This document shows positions 58,176 to 64,000 of a DNA stretch of 64,000 nucleotides, piece after piece. The position numbers and the translations under genes are program-made. The notes below the pieces were generated by a model. The model ran no database searches and was not told where the DNA came from. It saw only the letters and a program-made list of their open reading frames with translations. Source of the DNA: Candidatus Heimdallarchaeota archaeon (GTDB taxonomy: Archaea; Asgardarchaeota; Heimdallarchaeia; Hodarchaeales; Hodarchaeaceae); contig JBHLSH010000009.1 of the NCBI GenBank assembly GCA_048881705.1, forward strand, positions 1 to 64,000. The letters run 5' to 3'. Within the stretch, counting starts at the first letter, position 1, and each line of letters opens with the position of its first letter.

Positions 58176-59006
58176 ATGGCAGCACAGAAAAATTTCATTC
58201 ACAAAAATATGCAGTACGTCCAAGTAATGGAGTACCTCAACGAAGAACTTAAGCTCGCGGGTCAGGGCCGAATCGAGATTCACAAAACTCCCATGGGCCA
58301 TAGAGTCGTTATCCATGCAGTTCGTTTAGGAATTGTGATCGGAAGGCGCGGACGGAATGTTCGAAAAATCACCGACATCTTGGAGCATGTTTATGGATTG
58401 GAGACCCCTCAGCTCGAAGTCCGTGATTTAGAAAACCCCCATCTCAATTCTCGGGTGATGGCAGGACGTTTGATTTCCCAAATTCAAAAAGGTTTCCATT
58501 TTCGACGTGCAGGCTACGCGTTGGTCCGGCGGATAATGGGCGCCAACGCTCGTGGTTGTGAAATCACCATCAAAGGAAAATTAACTTCACAACGGGCTCG
58601 AGCCGAGGTCTTTCGAGATGGTTTTGTTGCCAAATGCGGAGAGCCCGCGGACAAATTTGTTGACAGCGCAGTCATGGAAGTCACCTTAAAACAAGGGGTC
58701 ATTGGCGTTCATGTCAAAATCATGCAACCAGATGCAACTTTGCCTGACGATGCTGAGATCATCTTCGATGTGTTTGCCCCTCCAGAAGCTGAAGAAAAAC
58801 CAGAAGAAGAATTAGAGGCAGAAGAGATCGAAGCTGAATCAGAGATCCTTGAAAAATCAGAGGCCTCTCTTGCAGAAGAAGCCTCTGAAGAAGTAGAAGA
58901 ATCCGAACCATCCTCCTCAGAGAAAGAAGCAATTGGTCCTGATACTTCGGTGCCAGAAAAAAATGAGGAGCTGCTAGATGCATCGGATTTTGATAAGGAG
59001 GACTGA
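58176..59006 (+). CDS. rps3: 30S ribosomal protein uS3 with acidic C-terminal tail
   Basis: GIVIGRRGRNVR, GCEITIKGKL, KQGVIGVHVKI. Confidence 0.96.
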   Translation: MAAQKNFIHKNMQYVQVMEYLNEELKLAGQGRIEIHKTPMGHRVVIHAVRLGIVIGRRGRNVRKITDILEHVYGLETPQLEVRDLENPHLNSRVMAGRLISQIQKGFHFRRAGYALVRRIMGANARGCEITIKGKLTSQRARAEVFRDGFVAKCGEPADKFVDSAVMEVTLKQGVIGVHVKIMQPDATLPDDAEIIFDVFAPPEAEEKPEEELEAEEIEAESEILEKSEASLAEEASEEVEESEPSSSEKEAIGPDTSVPEKNEELLDASDFDKED

Positions 59007-59011
59007 ATCAT

Positions 59012-59218
59012 ATGGCAATCTTACGTAAATCACAAATCCGGAAAATGAGCCTTCAAGATCGTCAGAAGAAGATAGCGGAATTGAAGACGGAATTACTTGC
59101 TGTAAAGGGTAAAACTAAGTCAGGGTCAATTGAATCCGCTGGACGAGTTCGCCTGCTGAGACAAACTATTGCCCGCCTCCACACAATTGGAAAAGAAGAA
59201 AATGAAACGCGCCGATGA
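59012..59218 (+). CDS. rpl29: 50S ribosomal protein uL29
   Basis: LRQTIARLHT; position in cluster. Confidence 0.92.
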   Translation: MAILRKSQIRKMSLQDRQKKIAELKTELLAVKGKTKSGSIESAGRVRLLRQTIARLHTIGKEENETRR

Positions 59219-59492
59219 CCTTCGATTGGCAAAATCAAGCAGTATTGCCAAAATTCGCCTTCTCGGTAAACGTTGTGAAATCCTATACGGGAACCAAACA
59301 TTCGCTGGAATCATCTGGAGAGAAACAAAGCATACCTTACAAATACAAACGCCTAATGGCATTAAAACCTTCCCCAAACAACAGATAGTCATTCGAATTA
59401 CGTATAATGATCACACCTATGAAATTGCTGGCAAAGTAATGAAAGGCCGACCCGAAGATCGAATCAAAACATGGATGAAACGTCAATGGTAA
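59202..59492 (+). CDS. rnp1: RNase P protein subunit Rpp29/Pop4
   Basis: GIIWRETKHTL, FPK, GRPEDRIK; ATG at 59202. Confidence 0.88.
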   Translation: MKRADDLRLAKSSSIAKIRLLGKRCEILYGNQTFAGIIWRETKHTLQIQTPNGIKTFPKQQIVIRITYNDHTYEIAGKVMKGRPEDRIKTWMKRQW

Positions 59493-59830
59493 AAAAGAAG
59501 TACTCTCGCCACATAGGCGTCGCTCCCTCTCCTAAGAGAACATGTGATGATAACAACTGCCCGTTTCATGGCACTTTGTCAGTTCGTGGCCGATTCATGG
59601 AAACTGAAGTCATTTCAGATAAGATGGATAAAACCGTAACCGTTAAACAGTCACGGTTAGAGCTGGTAAGAAAATACAAACGATATGGCAGATCTACTAC
59701 TCGCTTTCACGCTCATAATCCCCCCTGCATTGATGCTAAGGTGGGGGATCGAGTCCGGATAGGTGAATGCAGACCGTTGGCAAAAACTGTCTCTTTCGTT
59801 GTTATCGAAAAGATAGAAGCAGGAGACTGA
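59486..59830 (+). CDS. rps17: 30S ribosomal protein uS17
   Basis: CDDNNCPFHG, HNPPC, GECRPLAKTVSFVV. Confidence 0.96.
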   Translation: MVKKKYSRHIGVAPSPKRTCDDNNCPFHGTLSVRGRFMETEVISDKMDKTVTVKQSRLELVRKYKRYGRSTTRFHAHNPPCIDAKVGDRVRIGECRPLAKTVSFVVIEKIEAGD

Positions 59831-59834
59831 CCTC

Positions 59835-60251
59835 ATGAAAAAACGTAAAGCCCTTCGATTAGTAACTCGGCGTATCACGCGCGCATTACCTACTGGGGCG
59901 AAAGTTCAGGTTGCTGATAACTCCGGAGCTCGAATTGTCCAGGTTATTAGTGTCAAGGGGCATAAAACCCGTCTACGGCGACAGCCAGCGGCTAAAGTAG
60001 GCGACCTTATCGTCTGCAGTGTAAAAAAGGGCACTCCAAAATTACGCCGCCAAATTGTACACGGCGTTGTAATAAGACAAAAAAAGCCCTACAAACGCGC
60101 CGACGGGAGCTGGGTACACTTTGAAGACAATGCCATTGTTGTAACGAATGAAAATGGAGAACCCCGTGGGACTGAAATCCGAGGAGCTGTTTCAAAGGAA
60201 GCAGCCGATTCCTGGCCCCGTATCGCCAGCGCCGCTCGGATAATTGCCTGA
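59835..60251 (+). CDS. rpl14: 50S ribosomal protein uL14
   Basis: VADNSGAR, FEDNAIV, WPRIAS. Confidence 0.96.
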   Translation: MKKRKALRLVTRRITRALPTGAKVQVADNSGARIVQVISVKGHKTRLRRQPAAKVGDLIVCSVKKGTPKLRRQIVHGVVIRQKKPYKRADGSWVHFEDNAIVVTNENGEPRGTEIRGAVSKEAADSWPRIASAARIIA

Positions 60252-60267
60252 CGAGAGTGAAAGAACC

Positions 60268-60741
60268 ATGGACTCTAAGACACGCGATCCACGGAAAAAC
60301 CGCAAACGTTCCTATGCCGATGGCACTTTTGAAAGACATCGTCATATGTCCGTTCGTCTATCTAAAGATTTACAAAGCAAATATAAGGTTAAAAAAGTAC
60401 CTGTACATCGTGGTGACACTGTATATGTAGCAGCGGGAGATTTTATTGGAACTGAAGGTAAGGTACTCACTGCCAATTATAAAACTAAACGCTTGGAGAT
60501 CGATGGTATCTCTCGTGAGAAAGCGGATAAATCCAAGATCTTATATCCTATTCATACATCCAAAGTAGTCATTCGTCGGTTTGGCAAGGTCGATCGATCT
60601 AGGAAGGCCATCCTGGAACGTCGAGCCAAAACCACTGTTGATGTGGAACCAGAAGATATCCTGGAGCCAGAAGAAGAAATCGAAGAGATTTTCGAGGAAG
60701 AGGATGACGATCTAGAAGACCTTTCCCAGGAGGAAGAGTAA
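60268..60741 (+). CDS. rpl24: 50S ribosomal protein uL24 with acidic tail
   Basis: PRKNRK, LSKDL, GDTV, IHTSKV. Confidence 0.94.
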   Translation: MDSKTRDPRKNRKRSYADGTFERHRHMSVRLSKDLQSKYKVKKVPVHRGDTVYVAAGDFIGTEGKVLTANYKTKRLEIDGISREKADKSKILYPIHTSKVVIRRFGKVDRSRKAILERRAKTTVDVEPEDILEPEEEIEEIFEEEDDDLEDLSQEEE

Positions 60742-60755
60742 CGGAGTGAAATATC

Positions 60756-61535
60756 ATGGGAAGTAAAGGCATTTCACGACATAAAAAACGCTTGAATGCT
60801 CCTATCACTTACTCGATTGCCCGCAAACACGGTGTCTTTACCGTTCGACCTTTACCAGGAAAACGAAAGGAGGTCTCTCTACCTTTGGGTATTATTCTCC
60901 GAGAAATCCTTGGGTACGCCAAGACCCTTTCGGAGGTAAAAAAAATCCTAAAGAAAGAGATTGTCAAAGTTGATGGACAGGTCATGACAAGCTATAAATC
61001 TCAGGTAGGATTGCTGGACACCCTAGAAATCACCGCAGCTGATGAATATTACCGTTTGATCCCCTATCGCGGTAAACGTCGTCTCATGCTCCGTCCAATA
61101 TCGTCTGAGCAGGCGTCCCGCAAGCCTCTTCGGGTTGAGAAGAAAAAAACTGTCCGTGGCGGCCTTGTTCAATTAGCTTTTCATGATGGACGAACCCTCC
61201 TTATCGATCCCACAGCCAAAGGTGGGCCACCTATCGAGGAGATCTCTCCCAAGAACACCGTCCTTTTCAACCTAGAAACCAAAGAAATTGAAGAAAACTT
61301 CTCTTTTTCTGAAGGAAACTTGGGATTAGTTATTGGAGGCCACAATGTCGGTTTGAGCGGAGAAATAAGCGAAATCGAGACGCAATTGGGAAGAAAAAAT
61401 CGAATTGTTACCCTCAACACGGAAGAAGGACCCATCAAAACCACAGATAACCACATTTTCATTATTGGCCAGAAGAACCCAATTATCGATCTTTCCCCCC
61501 TAGCCCCCGAAGGAGAATCGGATACCGATGAGTAG
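60756..61535 (+). CDS. rps4e: 30S ribosomal protein eS4
   Basis: KRLNAP, LPLGIILREIL, VKVDG, GGHNVG. Confidence 0.95.
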   Translation: MGSKGISRHKKRLNAPITYSIARKHGVFTVRPLPGKRKEVSLPLGIILREILGYAKTLSEVKKILKKEIVKVDGQVMTSYKSQVGLLDTLEITAADEYYRLIPYRGKRRLMLRPISSEQASRKPLRVEKKKTVRGGLVQLAFHDGRTLLIDPTAKGGPPIEEISPKNTVLFNLETKEIEENFSFSEGNLGLVIGGHNVGLSGEISEIETQLGRKNRIVTLNTEEGPIKTTDNHIFIIGQKNPIIDLSPLAPEGESDTDE

Positions 61536-62139
61536 TAGATTGAGACTCCGACGCCGAAAATCCCGTGAAGAGGAAGAGCGTCCCCCCGTTCAACTCACCG
61601 AGACCGAACAGTCATTCATAGAGTCATGGAAAACCCAACCTATGCGAAAACCCCATATCGAAAAAGTGTCTGTCAACTTTGCAGTGGGAAGATCGGGTCC
61701 CGATTTGGAAAAGGCCAGAACTCTTTGCCAACAAATTACTAACCAGGTCCCCGCTGAAGGCCGAGCCAAGGAATCTGTCCGAGGCTTTGGCATCCGCAAA
61801 CACGAGCCGATTGGCGTTTTCAGTACCTTGCGTGGCGAATTGGCTCAAGCTTTTCTCAAAAAGGCCTTTTATGCCGTTGAAGAAAAGGTCGCTACCAAGA
61901 ATTTCGACCGTTACGGTAATCTCTCCTTTGGCATAGATGAGCACCTTAAACTTCCTGATATCAAATACGACCCCCAAATCGGCGTCCATGGCTTTAATAC
62001 TACGATCGTTATGGGACGTCCTGGCTATCGAACCAAACTCCGTCGGATCAGATCTAAAAAAATATCTTCTCGGCATAAATTAACTAAAGAAGAAAGTATT
62101 GCCTTTTTCAAGCATGAATACAACCTAGAAGTTGAGTGA
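61528..62139 (+). CDS. rpl5: 50S ribosomal protein uL5
   Basis: PMRKPHIEKV, FGIRK, FDRYGNLSFGI, YDPQIGVHG, RPGYR. Confidence 0.96.
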   Translation: MSSRLRLRRRKSREEEERPPVQLTETEQSFIESWKTQPMRKPHIEKVSVNFAVGRSGPDLEKARTLCQQITNQVPAEGRAKESVRGFGIRKHEPIGVFSTLRGELAQAFLKKAFYAVEEKVATKNFDRYGNLSFGIDEHLKLPDIKYDPQIGVHGFNTTIVMGRPGYRTKLRRIRSKKISSRHKLTKEESIAFFKHEYNLEVE

Positions 62140-62145
62140 GCCCGA

Positions 62146-62304
62146 ATGACACAGAACCTACGTACAAAAAAACCCTTCGGACGCGGAACACGCACCTGTC
62201 GACGCTGTAAAACTCATAGAGCGGTTATCCGCAAATATGGCCTCTATATCTGCCGCCGATGTATTCGTGAAATTGCGCCAGAACTAGGATTTAAGAAATA
62301 TTGA
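62146..62304 (+). CDS. rps14: 30S ribosomal protein uS14; not in ORF track
   Basis: [52 protein letters not shown] (52 aa). Confidence 0.96.
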   Translation: MTQNLRTKKPFGRGTRTCRRCKTHRAVIRKYGLYICRRCIREIAPELGFKKY

Positions 62305-63167
62305 GCCGGACTCGGCCCCCTTTTGAACTCATTCAGCACGATCTTTTGATTCAAAACCTGATTCCCCTCCCCCTTATTGACCTTCTACCGCAAGGGTGGA
62401 AACGGATTGGTCATGTCGGAATTCTTACCCTAGACCCCCGTCTTTACCCCTGGAAACGGGTGATCGGGCAAGTCTACCTCAAACACCTCCCTGAACTATC
62501 GACCATAGCCCATAAGGTAGGAATTACGACCCAGGAAACCCGAACTCCGGATTACGAGGTGCTGGCTGGGGATCCCAAGACCATCACCCTCCATAAAGAA
62601 CTTCATTGTACGTTCATACTCGATGCTCTCCGATTGACCTTTTCTAGCGGTAACCACGCGGAACGACTCCATCTGATCCACGCATGTCAACCTGACGAAA
62701 AAGTCATAGACATGTTTGCCTGTGTAGGAAACCTCTCAATTCCCCTCGCGGTTCACATTCCCACGGCCAAAGTCCTAGGTATTGATATCAACCCGCTTGC
62801 CTGTACCTATCTCGCCAAAAACATCCAAAAGAACCACCTGACCGATCGTTACTACGCCGTTTGTGGTGATAATCGTATCGCTACCCCCGTCGATTGGGCA
62901 GATCGTGTTATTATGGGATACTTTACCCTCGATTCCGCGCACTTTATCAGTGCCCTTTCATCCCTTCGTCAAACCCGCGGCGGAACCATCCATGCCCATG
63001 GCCTCAGTAGTAACCGAAATCCTCAGGATTGGTATCAAAACGTCAACAATATCATCTCTGGTTCTTTCCCCCACTTTAAGATCAGCACCACCAAAAAACG
63101 AATTATTAAGACCGTCGCCGCAGGGATCGAGCATTTTGTTGACGACATCACCATTGTACCTCAATAG
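62301..63167 (+). CDS. taw2: Trm5/Tyw2 (Met-10+) family SAM-dependent tRNA-modifying enzyme, Taw2-like
   Basis: [30 protein letters not shown]. Confidence 0.8.
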   Translation: MSRTRPPFELIQHDLLIQNLIPLPLIDLLPQGWKRIGHVGILTLDPRLYPWKRVIGQVYLKHLPELSTIAHKVGITTQETRTPDYEVLAGDPKTITLHKELHCTFILDALRLTFSSGNHAERLHLIHACQPDEKVIDMFACVGNLSIPLAVHIPTAKVLGIDINPLACTYLAKNIQKNHLTDRYYAVCGDNRIATPVDWADRVIMGYFTLDSAHFISALSSLRQTRGGTIHAHGLSSNRNPQDWYQNVNNIISGSFPHFKISTTKKRIIKTVAAGIEHFVDDITIVPQ

Positions 63168-63179
63168 CTTCGTTCTTCC

Positions 63180-63995
63180 CTAGCCGATTAGTGCACTCAC
63201 CTCTGCGTACACTCGCCTGATCTCCTCCGGGGTCGGCATGTAGTCCTCATGAGAAACCCTGTTCCGTAGATGGTTGAGCCACTTGAGAAAGCTCTTCTTG
63301 TTAAACAACCCAAACTGTGCCACTTTCCGCTCTAGCTCATCTGTAAACTTTCCCTCGATCCCTAAAAGCTTCCTAACTGTTGCATGGGCATAATGAACAA
63401 AGGCATGTCGATACACTAGATTTTCCCCCTGGGCTCCTTCATAACATTCCACCGCCAGCTCCCAGACCTTGTCAACTTCCGCATCTTTCCTCAAATCCAT
63501 TCTACTCCCCTCTGAAACCTCCGTTCCATCCGTAACCTGCAACCCTTTGATTATCACCTTTGATTGACGGGACTCCTCGAGCGTAGGTACTGGCACCGAT
63601 AATACCTCTGGTTTCGACTCTGCATCTATTCCAGGAGGATGAATTAATCCAGCCCGTACGTGCCCCTCTATCTGTGCCATTACTTCCTGCAGCCGATTAT
63701 CCAAGCCCAGCATTTCTTGGGCCTGTTGAAGAACAAACATTGCTTTAAATAGCTCATTTTCCTGAACAAATATCTCGACTAATCGCATCCATGTACCGAT
63801 ATTTCTTGGTTCCCATTGAGCCGCCTCCATGAACGTCTTAAACGCCGCCTGTTCATGACCCTCTTCTCTCATTATATGTCCCCTCAATATCCAGAAATCT
63901 ACCAGTAATGAGAGATTGCTATTACTCAGTTGCTTCAAATTGGCAATGACCATGGGATCCACTCTTTGATTTTCCCCTGCCAATACCCTCTCCAC
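63180..63995 (-). CDS. TPR protein with C-terminal HEPN-like domain (may begin beyond the window)
   Basis: TPR pair (WILRG...EAAQWEPRN) and LRNRVSH R-x4-H motif. Confidence 0.7.
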   Translation of the reverse strand: MERVLAGENQRVDPMVIANLKQLSNSNLSLLVDFWILRGHIMREEGHEQAAFKTFMEAAQWEPRNIGTWMRLVEIFVQENELFKAMFVLQQAQEMLGLDNRLQEVMAQIEGHVRAGLIHPPGIDAESKPEVLSVPVPTLEESRQSKVIIKGLQVTDGTEVSEGSRMDLRKDAEVDKVWELAVECYEGAQGENLVYRHAFVHYAHATVRKLLGIEGKFTDELERKVAQFGLFNKKSFLKWLNHLRNRVSHEDYMPTPEEIRRVYAEVSALIG

Positions 63996-64000
63996 TAATG

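Noticed and set aside
720-63183. Numerous short ORFs antisense to or overlapping well-supported genes (e.g. 720-977, 3068-3451, 35214-35738, 61624-62076)
   Set aside because: Shadow ORFs with no motifs, fully overlapping confident genes

Overview
Archaeal chromosomal window, most likely an Asgard archaeon (Heimdallarchaeia/Hodarchaeales-like). This is an inference from archaeal ThrRS, CoaD, Cgi121, Rpo12 and r-proteins together with Arf-like GTPases, a Urm1-like ubiquitin-fold protein and acidic r-protein tails. It is mostly housekeeping and metabolic: a small-GTPase-rich start, a fatty-acid/acyl-CoA operon with SCP2, two MoxR-type AAA+ modules (one with a 1709-aa surface protein), acs, map, a B12 acyl-CoA mutase cluster with isobutyryl-CoA-mutase-type residues, F420 genes and a rearranged S10/spc ribosomal cluster. 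Features missed by the ORF track: tRNA-Gly(CCC) split by two BHB introns (37/38 and T-loop 59/60), tRNA-His(GTG), rpo12, rps14, a DinB-like pseudogene and a ~340-nt GC-rich structured non-coding segment of unknown class. No CRISPR array, rRNA or intact transposase was seen. All family assignments are from motif recognition, not database searches.
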